DNA from: a bacterium
GTDB lineage: Bacteria > Bacillota > Clostridia > Christensenellales > CAG-917
Direction: 5' to 3'
Length of the DNA: 64,000 bases
Assembly (NCBI GenBank): GCA_963656415.1
Contig: CAVKIG010000001.1
Coordinates: 1,770-65,769, forward strand
Both the position numbers and the translations under genes were made by a program. The notes below the pieces were generated by a model. It did not search any database. It saw only the letters and a program-made list of their open reading frames with translations, and was not told where the DNA came from. Position 1 is the first letter of the stretch. Each line of letters starts with the position of its first letter. Below, piece after piece: positions 43,771 through 53,491 of the stretch.

Positions 43771-45879
43771 TTATTTGATTTTGTGAATCGCAACGTCGTA
43801 TGCCTGACTTGTCGCGTCCGCGATTCTGCCGACTTTCTTTGCGTCTCCGATGACGAAAGTGTTTTCAAACTTGCCCTCGATTGCTTTTGCAAGGTCGTTT
43901 ACGGGGCGTGATCCGAGCGACAATACGACTGCGTCGAAATTGAAATGAGCAGGTTTGTCCGTTGCTTTTACATTCTTGTTTTTGTCGAGTTTGACAGGCT
44001 CGAGCGTAACTCCCTTTTCGTCTATCGAGACGAGCCTGTGTGACAAAATGTAATTCGTATCCTTTGCGTCGAGTTTCGGCATTACGTCGTCGAGATGCTG
44101 GAACCACGTTCCCGGAGCAAGCGTGTCTGCCATTTCCACAATTGTGACTTTGTTGTCACGGTCAATAAGCATTTCTGCGGTTTCCAGTCCCGTCATTCCC
44201 GAACCTATCAGCGCGACTTTCTTGCCTTTTAGCACCACTTCTCCGCTCAGAATCTGCGTGGTCGTATACACGTTTGCAAGGTCGGAGCCTTTTATCGAGC
44301 GCGGTCTCACCGCTTGCGCACCCGTTGCGATTACGACTGCGTACGGATTGAAAGATTTGATGACTTCTTCGTTCGCTTCGGTGTTAAGGTGAATTTCCGC
44401 GCCGAATTTTTCAGCATTTACGCGCATATCTTCAAAGCACCAGCCGAGTTTTTCTTTTTTCGGCGGTTTATCCGCAAGTTGAATCTGACCGCCGATTTTG
44501 TCCGTTTTTTCAAGCACGATGGGCTTGAATCCGCGGCGACCGAGCATTTCTGCACAAGTAAGCCCCGCAACGCCCGCACCGACGATTACAACCGTTCTGC
44601 CGTTGCCGTCTTGTGGGAGATTGTCGAATTCCTTTTCTCTTCCGACCGTCGGATTGACGGAGCAATAGCCGTGGTCTCCGTGATATGCGTTGTCCTGCAT
44701 GCTTTGAATACAATACAAACAGCAAATGCAACGCTTGATTTCTTTTTCTCTGCCTTGTTGCGCTTTTTCTGCCCAGTGCGGATCTGCAATATGCGGTCTT
44801 CCAAGCGACACGAAGTCCTGCGTGCCTTCTTCGAGTTGCATTTCTGCTTGTTCGGGTGTGCGAATAAGGTTCGCCGCAATGACGGGGATATCAACTTCTT
44901 TCTTCACCGCCGCTGCGAGATATTTTCTCCAACCGAGATCGAAACTCGTAGGTTCGAGCCAGTAATTGAACGTGTCGTACGCCGCGCTCGATACGTCGAT
45001 TGCGTCAACGCCCATATTTGCAATTGCTTTTGCGTACTTTACGCCCGTTTCCATATCGTAGCCTTTGCCGGGTTTGCCGATTTTGTCGTAGAACTCGTCA
45101 ACGGTCAGGCGCACGATGATGGGATAGTCTCCGCATTCTTTGCGGATTCCTTCCACGATTTCGCGAAGGAAGCGCAAACGATTTTCAAAACTTCCGCCGT
45201 ATTCGTCCGTTCTTTGGTTAGTGTTAGGAGAAAGGAATTGCTGAATGAGATAGCCGTGCGTGCCGTGAAGTTCCACACCGTCAACGCCTGCTTTTTTACA
45301 ACGCACCGCGCCGTCGATAAATTGACGAATGACTTGTTTCACTTCTCTCTTGCTCAAAGCGCGCACTCTGCCGCCCGCAAAATAGCTCGGCTCGCATTTG
45401 GAAGCCGATACGGACGAAAGCGCAAGATTATGTTTTGACATAAACGGCGCGATTTTCGGCGCGATCTTGAAAAGAGTTTTCGGAAAAGATTTGCACATTC
45501 TCGTCATTGCGATACACACGGGAACCGTGCCTATCGCAAGACCGACGTTTTGTCTGCCGGGATGGTGCAACTGCACGAACAATTTTGCGCCGTGACGATG
45601 TATACGCTCGCTGAATTCGTGAAGACCTGCTATCTGATAGTCGTGGCTTGCACCAAGTTGTGCAAACGCCGCCGCGCCGTGCTTGTCGTTGATACGGCAA
45701 ATCTCGGTGATTATAAGTCCCGTGCCGCCCTTGGCGCGTTCTTCATAATAATCCATCATCTGCTCGGTGGTGCAACCGTCAAATTGTCCGAAACCCATAA
45801 GCATAGGCGACATGACTATACGGTTTTTAATTTCGCAAGTGCCTATCTTCATAGGCGAAAACAACATTTTATATTCCAT
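43771..45879 (-). CDS. NADH:flavin oxidoreductase of the 2-enoate reductase / 2,4-dienoyl-CoA reductase family (OYE barrel + 4Fe-4S + FAD/NAD domain)
   Basis: SPM...GGTGLIITE and HGTHGYL OYE motifs, a CICCLYC...C cysteine cluster, and VVIVGAGVAGL and ALIGSGMTGLE dinucleotide folds. The ATG at 45879 follows GGAGAA. Confidence 0.85.
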   Translation of the reverse strand: MEYKMLFSPMKIGTCEIKNRIVMSPMLMGFGQFDGCTTEQMMDYYEERAKGGTGLIITEICRINDKHGAAAFAQLGASHDYQIAGLHEFSERIHRHGAKLFVQLHHPGRQNVGLAIGTVPVCIAMTRMCKSFPKTLFKIAPKIAPFMSKHNLALSSVSASKCEPSYFAGGRVRALSKREVKQVIRQFIDGAVRCKKAGVDGVELHGTHGYLIQQFLSPNTNQRTDEYGGSFENRLRFLREIVEGIRKECGDYPIIVRLTVDEFYDKIGKPGKGYDMETGVKYAKAIANMGVDAIDVSSAAYDTFNYWLEPTSFDLGWRKYLAAAVKKEVDIPVIAANLIRTPEQAEMQLEEGTQDFVSLGRPHIADPHWAEKAQQGREKEIKRCICCLYCIQSMQDNAYHGDHGYCSVNPTVGREKEFDNLPQDGNGRTVVIVGAGVAGLTCAEMLGRRGFKPIVLEKTDKIGGQIQLADKPPKKEKLGWCFEDMRVNAEKFGAEIHLNTEANEEVIKSFNPYAVVIATGAQAVRPRSIKGSDLANVYTTTQILSGEVVLKGKKVALIGSGMTGLETAEMLIDRDNKVTIVEMADTLAPGTWFQHLDDVMPKLDAKDTNYILSHRLVSIDEKGVTLEPVKLDKNKNVKATDKPAHFNFDAVVLSLGSRPVNDLAKAIEGKFENTFVIGDAKKVGRIADATSQAYDVAIHKIK

Positions 45880-46132
45880 AATTCTCCGTTGCGAGCGCAA
45901 AACGCACTATTTGTTATATAAACGTATTGTAACATACAATAACCGACTGCGCAAGAGATAAATTTACAAGTTAAGCATTAACGCTTTCAACGAATTATTG
46001 TAACAATATCAAATCGTCAAATAACATAACGAAGCATTCGGACAAAAGAAAAACGCCCCGAAAGGAGCGTTTCACGGGTATTGTTTTCGATTTATTGTTT
46101 ACAAAACAGATATTGCTATCGAAAAACTGCGT

Positions 46133-46987
46133 TTACTGAATGTCGTTTTGCTGTTTGAACGCTTTCACGGTGTTTTCGATGAGCATAGTCACCGTCATAG
46201 GTCCTACACCGCCGGGAACGGGAGTAATAAGCGAGCATTTCGGCGAAACCGCAGCAAAATCGACGTCTCCGCAAAGTTTGCCGTTCTCGTCTCTGTCCAT
46301 GCCTACGTCTATGACGACAGCACCTTCCTTGACCATATCTTCTTTAAGGAATTTGGCTTTTCCGATTGCAACGCACACTATATCTGCGTTTTTGGTGATT
46401 TCTCCGAGATTTTTCGTACGGGAATGGCAAACGGTCACCGTGCAGTTCTTGTCGAGCAACAGTTGCGCAAGCGGCTTTCCGACGAGATTCGAACGCCCCA
46501 CTACAACTGCGTTTTTGCCTTGCAACTCAACGTCGTAATGTTCGAGCAATCTTATAACTCCGAGCGGAGTGCACGCAACGAGACTGTCTCTGCCCGTCCA
46601 AAGTCTGCCTTTTTGCGTGAAAGTGCAACCGTCAACGTCTTTTTCGGGACAAATAAGGTCTATAAGAGCAATTTCGTCAAGGTGTTTGGGAAGCGGCAGT
46701 TGCAAAATCATGCCGTTTACGTCGATATTCTCGTTTAGATAACCGATAGTGCCCGCAACTTTGTCAAAAGTGCTGTTTTCGGGCAGTTTGCACAAAAACG
46801 ATTTGATGCCGACTTCGTCGCACGCCTTGATTTTGTTGCGAACGTACACTTGCGATGCAGGATCGTCTCCCACGAGAATAACCGCAAGACCTATTTGCTT
46901 GCCCGTCTGACTTTGAAGTTTCTCGACTTCCGCCTTTATGTTTTCGCGCGTTTTTTGAGCAACTAGTTTACCGTCGATGATTTGCAT
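46133..46987 (-). CDS. folD: Bifunctional methylenetetrahydrofolate dehydrogenase/cyclohydrolase
   Basis: MQIIDGKLVAQK..., VGDDPASQVYVRNK, GRSNLVGKP and PVPGGVGPMT motifs. Confidence 0.95.
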   Translation of the reverse strand: MQIIDGKLVAQKTRENIKAEVEKLQSQTGKQIGLAVILVGDDPASQVYVRNKIKACDEVGIKSFLCKLPENSTFDKVAGTIGYLNENIDVNGMILQLPLPKHLDEIALIDLICPEKDVDGCTFTQKGRLWTGRDSLVACTPLGVIRLLEHYDVELQGKNAVVVGRSNLVGKPLAQLLLDKNCTVTVCHSRTKNLGEITKNADIVCVAIGKAKFLKEDMVKEGAVVIDVGMDRDENGKLCGDVDFAAVSPKCSLITPVPGGVGPMTVTMLIENTVKAFKQQNDIQ

Positions 46988-47147
46988 ATATCGCTCCAAC
47001 TTTTTTTATATCGCCATTATACCGCCATAAATCGCTTATTGCAAGCAATTAAAGGAAAGGCATTAGTCGATTTTGCGGTTTAAACAAGCGGAAATTCGTT
47101 GGTTTTCGACATTCTAATGCGCTTAAAAGAAGTTTTTTATATTGCTA

Positions 47148-47176
47148 TTGACATTTTTAATATTTTACAATATAAT
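47148..47176 (+). promoter_or_regulatory. Sigma-A-type promoter of the MgtC-family gene (TTGACA-17-TATAAT)
   Basis: Perfect consensus hexamers, leaving a 50-nt leader. Confidence 0.65.
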
Positions 47177-47226
47177 AAATTGAAAAAGTAATTAGGGTGC
47201 AAACTATGTTTGCGGAAGGATAGAAT

Positions 47227-47931
47227 ATGAACTCTTGGGCAGTCGTTGACTGGACCACGGACGTTTGGCATTTTATAGTCAGAATGCTCGTTGCCGCCGT
47301 GTGCGGATTCGTCATCGGTCTCGAACGCAAATCACGCAGTAAAGAAGCAGGTATCAGAACGCACGCCATCGTGTGTCTTGCTGCTTGTCTTTTTATGATA
47401 TTGTCAAAATATCTTGCGCAGCCGCTCTTCTCGGATATGCCGAACAGCTCGTTCACGGGTGACGCAACTCGTATTGCGTCTCAGGTCGTCACCGGCATAG
47501 GCTTTTTGGGCGCAGGTATCATCATGTACAGACGCGACGTCATGCACGGTCTCACCACCGCGGCAGGCGTGTGGGCAACGGCGGCAATCGGCATGGCTCT
47601 CGGCGCGGGATTTGTGGTCACGGGCGTGTGCGCAACGGCAATCATCGTTGTGTTGCAACTTGTATTCCACCTTCCCGTCAAAGCATTCACCACCCGTCAT
47701 ATCTCCGTTATAAGAATGCTCGTGTGGCTTGAAACAGACGATATTCTCGACAAAATCACCGACAAGCTCGGCTCAAAGAAAATCTCGTCCTACAAAGTCA
47801 AGCAAGCGGACGGCAAGATGATCGCAAGCGTCGAAGTTTCAACAACGGACGAATTTTCCGTGGCAAAACTCAATGAAGTCATCCGTGCTTATCCCGAACA
47901 CGTTATGAGCATTGAACGAGTGGACGAATAA
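47227..47931 (+). CDS. MgtC/SapB family membrane protein with C-terminal ACT-like domain
   Basis: GLERKSRSKEAGIRTH motif and four to five TM segments. 234 aa. Confidence 0.85.
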   Translation: MNSWAVVDWTTDVWHFIVRMLVAAVCGFVIGLERKSRSKEAGIRTHAIVCLAACLFMILSKYLAQPLFSDMPNSSFTGDATRIASQVVTGIGFLGAGIIMYRRDVMHGLTTAAGVWATAAIGMALGAGFVVTGVCATAIIVVLQLVFHLPVKAFTTRHISVIRMLVWLETDDILDKITDKLGSKKISSYKVKQADGKMIASVEVSTTDEFSVAKLNEVIRAYPEHVMSIERVDE

Positions 47932-47955
47932 GAGCAAAAATCATCGCATGTTTAC

Positions 47956-47990
47956 GAACACCGCACATTTTTGTGCGGTGTTCTTTTATT
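47956..47990 (+). terminator. Intrinsic terminator after the MgtC-family gene (duplicated at 48131-48165)
   Basis: GAACACCGCACA-TTTT-TGTGCGGTGTTC followed by TTTTATTT. Confidence 0.8.
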
Positions 47991-47997
47991 TGCTCGA

Positions 47998-48090
47998 TTT
48001 TTGCTCTGCTTATCGCGCCGAAAATTTGCGCTATCATATCACGCACGGATAAAACTTCACTCCGCAGTTTCGCCAAATTGTCGGCTTGAT
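47998..48090 (-). repeat. R1 repeat, copy 4 (5' two-thirds, inverted)
   Basis: The reverse complement reads ATCAAGCCGACAATTTGGCGAAACTGCGG...GCGCGATAAGCAGAGCAAAAA. A 36-nt fragment is repeated at 48173..48208. Confidence 0.7.
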
Positions 48091-48237
48091 GTGCGCTTCG
48101 CGCCTTTTTTTCTTTTCATCGCATGTTTACGAACACCGCACATTTTTGTGCGGTGTTCTTTTATTTGCTCGATTTTTGCTATGCTTATCGCGCCGAAAAT
48201 TTGCGCTAGTTTTTTTATTTACAAAAGTTTTTCGTCA

Positions 48238-48582
48238 TATACTTTAATGCAATTTTCCCCCTTCGTCAGCTGTTTCCCCTATCGCCGTTCCCCCTTAAAA
48301 GGGAACCCACGGCGACTGCGTAGCAGGGGGCAACACGACACGATTGACGCAAGGCGTAACAATCGCTATTCCGTCACTTCGTTCCTTACGGTCGAGACAT
48401 AACTTGCGCCATTTCTCTTATTGTGTCACTCGTTCGCAAGCGAATGGAACAACACTCGCTTACTTGTACTAATCGTCAAGTCCGACGCTCGATACGGTCG
48501 CCGCCGTTGCGGCTCGTGTTCCGTCTTTGAATAAGCACATTCCGTTAATAAGAACACTTCGAATAGGCTTTCGTTTCGGGCG
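48238..48582 (+). repeat. R2 bipartite repeat, copy B
   Basis: Same end modules as 25858..26159 (5' 48238-48336, 3' 48475-48582) with an unrelated 137-nt core. Confidence 0.8.
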
Positions 48583-48663
48583 CACCCAAAAACTATGTCA
48601 TTCTGAACAAAGTCGAAGAATCTCGCGGAATCGAAACTATAAACTTTTTTGCGCCCGTACCGC

Positions 48664-48696
48664 AATTATTCATTATTAATTATTCATTATTAATTA
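48664..48696. repeat. 14-bp tandem repeat AATTATTCATTATT x2.3
   Basis: Read directly from the sequence. AT-only micro-duplication next to a terminator. Confidence 0.8.
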
Positions 48697-48726
48697 AAAA
48701 AAGCACGCAATGCGTGCTTTTTTTTC
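48695..48726 (-). terminator. Terminator abutting the 2-hydroxyacid dehydrogenase stop
   Basis: AAAAAAAGCACGCA-A-TGCGTGCTTTTTTTT. Confidence 0.75.
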
Positions 48727-49666
48727 AATTCACTACGTTTATGGGGTTGTTTTGCAAAAATGCCCTGACGTTGTCGTCGGTGACATTCAAAAGTCGCACT
48801 CGCGACTCGTAACTTGCCCACGCAACGTGCGGCGTGATAAGACAATTCTTTGCCGTGAGAAGCGGATTGTCTGCTTTGGGCGGCTCTGTTGACAACACGT
48901 CAAGGCCTGCCCCTGCAATTCGACCTTCGTTGAGTGCGTCTGCAAGTGCTTTCTCATCGATAAGTCCGCCACGCGCCGTGTTTATAAGATATGCGGTCGA
49001 TTTGAAAAGCGCAAGAGACTTTTCGTTTATCATAAGTTTCGATTGCTCGTTGAGCGGACAATGTAGCGTGACAAAATCAGCCTTTTCAAACACTTCTTCC
49101 CTTGACACGCTACCTTCAAACGGCGTGCGATTGTGAATGAGCAAATTCATTCCGAATGCTTTTCCGATTTGCGCAACTCGTTTGCCTATGCTTCCGTAGC
49201 CGATGATACCGAGCGTTTTCCCGTACAACTCGTGCAAAGTGCCGACGGTGTATGCAAAATCTTTCGAGTTTTGCCAAACTCCGCGATGAACGGACTCGTC
49301 GTGAGTCGCAACTCTCGAGGCAAATTCGAGAATAAAAGCAAAAGTCAACTGCGCAACGCTTGCCGTGCTGTAATACGGAACGTTGGAGACGATTATTCCC
49401 AAATCACTTGCGGCTTTAACGTCAACGACGTTGTATCCCGTCGCAAGTATGGATACGAATTTCAATTTTTTGCATTGCGCCATGATTTCGCGCGTGAGCA
49501 CGACTTTGTTGAGAAGCACTATATCGGCGTCGACGATTCTGTTCAATACGTCTTCGGGTGCGGTGCGGTCGTAATACGCAACTTCGCCGTACTTTTTGAG
49601 AAAATCGAAATTCAGTTCTTCGCCTTTTGCGTTGTATCCGTCAAGAACGACTATTTTCATACTCAT
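48725..49666 (-). CDS. D-isomer-specific 2-hydroxyacid dehydrogenase (glycerate/hydroxypyruvate reductase-like)
   Basis: GIIGYGSIGKRVAQ NAD fold, NTARGGLID and the HVAW catalytic His region. Confidence 0.85.
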   Translation of the reverse strand: MSMKIVVLDGYNAKGEELNFDFLKKYGEVAYYDRTAPEDVLNRIVDADIVLLNKVVLTREIMAQCKKLKFVSILATGYNVVDVKAASDLGIIVSNVPYYSTASVAQLTFAFILEFASRVATHDESVHRGVWQNSKDFAYTVGTLHELYGKTLGIIGYGSIGKRVAQIGKAFGMNLLIHNRTPFEGSVSREEVFEKADFVTLHCPLNEQSKLMINEKSLALFKSTAYLINTARGGLIDEKALADALNEGRIAGAGLDVLSTEPPKADNPLLTAKNCLITPHVAWASYESRVRLLNVTDDNVRAFLQNNPINVVN

Positions 49667-50109
49667 TCAACCAACTTGCGCTTGTTGCCGTTGATAACGT
49701 TCAGGCTGTCTTTGAGCGACTTCTCCGCACTGTCGAGAATGTTGAACGCAAGCGAGCGGGCGTCGTAGTCCATTTTGCGATAGTTTTCTTCCGCTTCGTG
49801 CTGCATTGCTTCCGCTTCTGCTTTTGCGCGTTTGTAGACTTCGGTCTCGGTCATGAGTTGTTTTGCCTGCTCTTCTGCCTTGTCCATTGTCTCGTTTGCA
49901 TAATTCTCGGCTTTTTGGATTATGTCGTCTCTATCCTTCTTGATTTTCGTTGCTTCGCGCAAAACGAGCGGATAACTTGCTCTGAATCTCGAAATAAGGT
50001 CAAGCATAACCGCTTTGTTGATGACGATGTCGGTGTTGCTGAAAGCCGCTTTTTTTGCTTTGAGCACTTCGCTTTCGATTTCGTTGATGAGCATATCGAT
50101 TGTTTCCAT
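49663..50109 (-). CDS. Coiled-coil protein of unknown function (ATP-synthase-b / V-ATPase-H-like heptads)
   Basis: 148 aa, E/K/A-rich helical sequence. AAAGGGG RBS. The stop overlaps the downstream dehydrogenase start (ATGA). Confidence 0.4.
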   Translation of the reverse strand: METIDMLINEIESEVLKAKKAAFSNTDIVINKAVMLDLISRFRASYPLVLREATKIKKDRDDIIQKAENYANETMDKAEEQAKQLMTETEVYKRAKAEAEAMQHEAEENYRKMDYDARSLAFNILDSAEKSLKDSLNVINGNKRKLVE

Positions 50110-50259
50110 ATTTGCGTCCCCTTTTGTGAGTTTATCTTTATCTCGCGCGCACGTATGCGCGTTTATTTATTGTTCGTTGTGTTTTATCGTTTCCTGTCGT
50201 TTTTTAGTTTCTTTCGATGCGTTTTCTCTATCGCTTATTGTCTATTGTCGTCGCTTCGA

Positions 50260-51273
50260 TCATTTCAAATCCGCAAACTCTTTGGATTGAAGAAGTGCGA
50301 CGGTGCTTGACGGCATATTGCGATAATCGCCGTGAGCAATCTGCTCTCTCACGAGTGTAGAACTTATGTCTTCGTATCCCTGCGGAGAGATAAATTCGGT
50401 GTCATAACCGCCGTGTTCTTTGTTGTATTTTGCCATATCTTCTTCATACGGAATGTCTTTTGCGTCTCTGACTCCGCGCACGAGAACCGTTGCGCCGACT
50501 TCTTTTGCAACTTCAACGGCATATTTTTCGGAATAAAGCGCGTGCGCGCCTTTTTTGAATTCGCATACGGCTTTTACGATCGCAAGGCGTTGTCTTGGCG
50601 AGAACGTATACGTTTTGTCGGGATTTACAAGACACGCAACCCACACTTCGTCGTATTTTGCAAGTGCTTCGTCAAGCACGCTTTCGTGCCCTTTCGTGAG
50701 CGGATCAAAACTTCCTGGCATGAGCGCAACACTCTTTCTCGTGATAAACTCGGCGGTTATAGTGCCCATTTTCTTCGTGCGTTGCTTAAATCCGACATGC
50801 GGAATTTCGTACGACTTTTCCGAGCCGTGTTCAAACACTATCACGCCGTCTTCCGTAAGCAAATCGAGTTCTACGATAAGGTCGATTGCAAGTTCCGCAA
50901 GCGTGGTTGCATACGGCGGATCGAGAAATATCAAATCGTACTTTTTTCCGCTGACGTAACTCGAGCGAAGCACCGAAGCGAAGTCTGCGTTGACCACTCT
51001 GTAATCTCCGTCAACGCCTTTGAGATTTTGATACACGAGCGCAATCGAATCTTTGCTTCTGTCAACGAAAGTGACGTCTTTTGCGCCGCGCGATATGCAC
51101 TCTATGCCGAGCGAGCCGCTTCCTGCAAACAAATCGAGCACGCTTGCGCCGTCAACCCAACCTTGCAAAACGTTGAACAACGTCTCTTTTATGCGCGTGG
51201 TCGTCGGGCGCACGCTGTCGTCCTTTGGCGATACCAGATTCTTTCCGCGGTATTTTCCCGCAACAACTCTCAT
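50260..51273 (-). CDS. Fusion protein: 16S rRNA (guanine966-N2)-methyltransferase RsmD + phosphopantetheine adenylyltransferase CoaD
   Basis: The N-terminal half has RPTTTRIKETLFN, LDLFAGSGSLGIE and FLDPPY (RsmD). The C-terminal half has PGSFDPLTKGHESV...ISSTLVRE (CoaD). It is one uninterrupted 337-codon frame. Confidence 0.85.
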   Translation of the reverse strand: MRVVAGKYRGKNLVSPKDDSVRPTTTRIKETLFNVLQGWVDGASVLDLFAGSGSLGIECISRGAKDVTFVDRSKDSIALVYQNLKGVDGDYRVVNADFASVLRSSYVSGKKYDLIFLDPPYATTLAELAIDLIVELDLLTEDGVIVFEHGSEKSYEIPHVGFKQRTKKMGTITAEFITRKSVALMPGSFDPLTKGHESVLDEALAKYDEVWVACLVNPDKTYTFSPRQRLAIVKAVCEFKKGAHALYSEKYAVEVAKEVGATVLVRGVRDAKDIPYEEDMAKYNKEHGGYDTEFISPQGYEDISSTLVREQIAHGDYRNMPSSTVALLQSKEFADLK

Positions 51274-51845
51274 ATTTCTTCTCCGAACGGATTGATTTTT
51301 TCTCCGTCACACGTGATTATTCTCTTTTCGGTGACTATCATATCGAGCGGAACGTCGTGCGCGTCCGTCTGCAAGCCGTCGATATGCTGACAATCGAACG
51401 CAAGCCCTATCGTATAACACGGATGTGTTGAAAGATATTTGTCGTAATAGCCTTTTCCGTGTCCGAGACGATTGAGACCGTCAAACGCCACCATAGGCAC
51501 GATTGCAACGTCTATATCGTCGATTGCGTGCGAGCCGACGGGTTCGAGTATGCCCCATTTGTTCGTTCTGAAATTCGAAAACGGGGATATAACGATTGCT
51601 TTCATATCGTCGCCGTGCACTCTCGGCACGCATACGACTTTTTCGAGCATAAGCGCAAGCCCCACGATTTCCTGCGTATCGGGTTCGGTGTCTGTGCCGA
51701 GATATACGAAAACTTTATGCGCGCGAGTGAACTCGTCAATGCCGCTGAGTGCGTCTGCGATTGCTCCGCTTGCCCACTCTTTTTTTGTTTGCGACATTGC
51801 TTTTATATTCGCTCTTGCGGTTTTTCTCGCTATATCTTTTTGCAT
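51270..51845 (-). CDS. 5-formyltetrahydrofolate cyclo-ligase
   Basis: ORF 51270..52064, trimmed to the ATG at 51845 (GGAGCG upstream). WGILEP and GHGKGYYDKYL motifs. Confidence 0.8.
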   Translation of the reverse strand: MQKDIARKTARANIKAMSQTKKEWASGAIADALSGIDEFTRAHKVFVYLGTDTEPDTQEIVGLALMLEKVVCVPRVHGDDMKAIVISPFSNFRTNKWGILEPVGSHAIDDIDVAIVPMVAFDGLNRLGHGKGYYDKYLSTHPCYTIGLAFDCQHIDGLQTDAHDVPLDMIVTEKRIITCDGEKINPFGEEI

Positions 51846-52888
51846 ACGCTCCTTGACCTTGAAAACGCCGTATATACGCAGTATTCCACCGTTTTTCTTT
51901 CGTTTGCCGCCTGCAAAGCGGTTTCGCCGTCCAAAAGCACGGCTTCTTCGCCGATTTGCGCTTCGTATTCCTCGGTATCCACCGCAAACACGTCCATGCA
52001 CGCTATGCCGACGGCTTTGCAATATCTTCCGTTTATCCGCACTCCCGACGGGTTTTCGCGGCATATTCCGTCCGCGTAACCGCCGAAAATATAAGCGACG
52101 TTCGTATCTTTTTTTAGCGGCTCTCCGCCGTATCCGACTATATCGCCGGCTTTTAGTCGTCTCGTCTCGACGACTTGCGAAAAAACGCTCATTGCGCCGC
52201 TATAAGCGCATATTCCCGCTCTCACCATATCGTAGCGCAACTCTTCGTCGTGCATGGAATGGCTTGACGCAAGATGCGATATCGCTTGCGGATAAAATCT
52301 TTTCACAATATCCGCACATTCGTCAAAGAGTGCTTTTTGCGCCGACGTTCCGTCCCGTAGATGAGAGAAAACACCTTCGACGTTAAAGCCGTATTCTTTG
52401 AGAAGAAAACACACTTCGTCCAGTTTGTCCTTTTCAAAACCGAAACGGTGCATTCCGCTGTCGACCTTAAGATGCAAACGCATTTGACAAGGCTCGATAA
52501 AACCTATTCTCGCAAGATAAAGCAACGCGGAGAGTTGACTCTCGCAATGAAGGGACAAAATCGCTTCTAGCGCATAAGTTTCGATTATTTCATCGGGCAA
52601 CACAGTCAACACGAGAATATCTCTCGTTATCCCGACGTCTCGCAACTTTTTCGCTTCTTCTACGGTTGCAACGCCGAAAGCGTCAACGACGTTTTGCGTC
52701 GCTTTTGCCACGTCGACTATACCGTGTCCGTAGGCGTTTGCCTTGACCATAAACAAAACTTTGCGATTTACGGTCTTTTTTATATTTTCGAGATTTCGTA
52801 CGATACGGTCGGTATCGACGACTGTTTTCAGTTCTATATTCCGCCCCCGTGGCGCATATTTCGGATAATAATGCAATTCATGCCACAA
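51830..52888 (-). CDS. alr: Alanine racemase
   Basis: VKANAYGHG PLP-lysine motif. 352 aa. Confidence 0.9.
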   Translation of the reverse strand: MWHELHYYPKYAPRGRNIELKTVVDTDRIVRNLENIKKTVNRKVLFMVKANAYGHGIVDVAKATQNVVDAFGVATVEEAKKLRDVGITRDILVLTVLPDEIIETYALEAILSLHCESQLSALLYLARIGFIEPCQMRLHLKVDSGMHRFGFEKDKLDEVCFLLKEYGFNVEGVFSHLRDGTSAQKALFDECADIVKRFYPQAISHLASSHSMHDEELRYDMVRAGICAYSGAMSVFSQVVETRRLKAGDIVGYGGEPLKKDTNVAYIFGGYADGICRENPSGVRINGRYCKAVGIACMDVFAVDTEEYEAQIGEEAVLLDGETALQAANERKTVEYCVYTAFSRSRSVCKKI

Positions 52889-52942
52889 ATCGCTTATCCG
52901 CGCGCGCCTTACAAAATATGCAAAGGACGGATACGTTGTGTC

Positions 52943-53422
52943 TTATTTTTTCTTTTTGTCCTTTTTCTCGGGAGTGAACACTTCGACGATAACGTCGCCG
53001 ATATGGTCGCGCATATCTTTGATGAAGTCATCGACGTTTTTGACCGAAACGTTGATTTTGAAACTCACTTCACCGTCGCTTTCTCTCACGCCTTTGCAGA
53101 TGAGATATATTTCTCTCGTTTCGGAGTTTTGTTTTATGCAAACGACGTCGTCGTACTTGATTTTGTCGACGAAAAAGCCGAGCGTTGCGACGATATGGTC
53201 GTCTTTGAAGCGGTATGCGCTGTTGAATATCACAAGCAACGCCGCAACTGCGATTATCGTTGCCGCAACGAGCGACACGATTGCGATTGCAGGAGAATCG
53301 GTATACACTCCGTTTGCACCGGCAAGCATTGCGATGTCAAGCCCGATTATTGCCAACGCGCCGAGCGCGACAAAAGCGAGAAGAATCGTTTTTACAACTC
53401 CGAAATTCATTCTGATTTTCAT
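52943..53422 (-). CDS. Membrane protein with two N-terminal TM helices and a bacterial PH-like (YdbS-type) domain
   Basis: 159 aa. Hydrophobic residues 10-70, then YRFKDDHIVATLGFFVDKIKYDDVVCI, which is like bPH domains. Lys-rich tail. Confidence 0.45.
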   Translation of the reverse strand: MKIRMNFGVVKTILLAFVALGALAIIGLDIAMLAGANGVYTDSPAIAIVSLVAATIIAVAALLVIFNSAYRFKDDHIVATLGFFVDKIKYDDVVCIKQNSETREIYLICKGVRESDGEVSFKINVSVKNVDDFIKDMRDHIGDVIVEVFTPEKKDKKKK

Positions 53423-53491
53423 AAATTCACCTTATATTTTGGCGTTCTATACGCATATATTGCCATTTTCGTCGCAGTATATGCCCGACGC

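Larger units (their letters stand above)
47941..48208 (+). repeat. 93-bp direct repeat (47941-48033 and 48116-48208, 1 mismatch)
   Basis: Both copies read TCATCGCATGTTTACGAACACCGCACATTTTTGTGCGGTGTTCTTTTATTTGCTCGATTTTTGCT(C/A)TGCTTATCGCGCCGAAAATTTGCGCTA. Each contains the mgtC-type terminator hairpin. Confidence 0.9.

Noticed and set aside
47000-47226. Possible Mg2+ (M-box) riboswitch ahead of the MgtC-family gene.
   Set aside because: The consensus promoter at 47148-47176 leaves only a ~50-nt leader. That is far too short for an M-box, and none of its conserved segments are visible.
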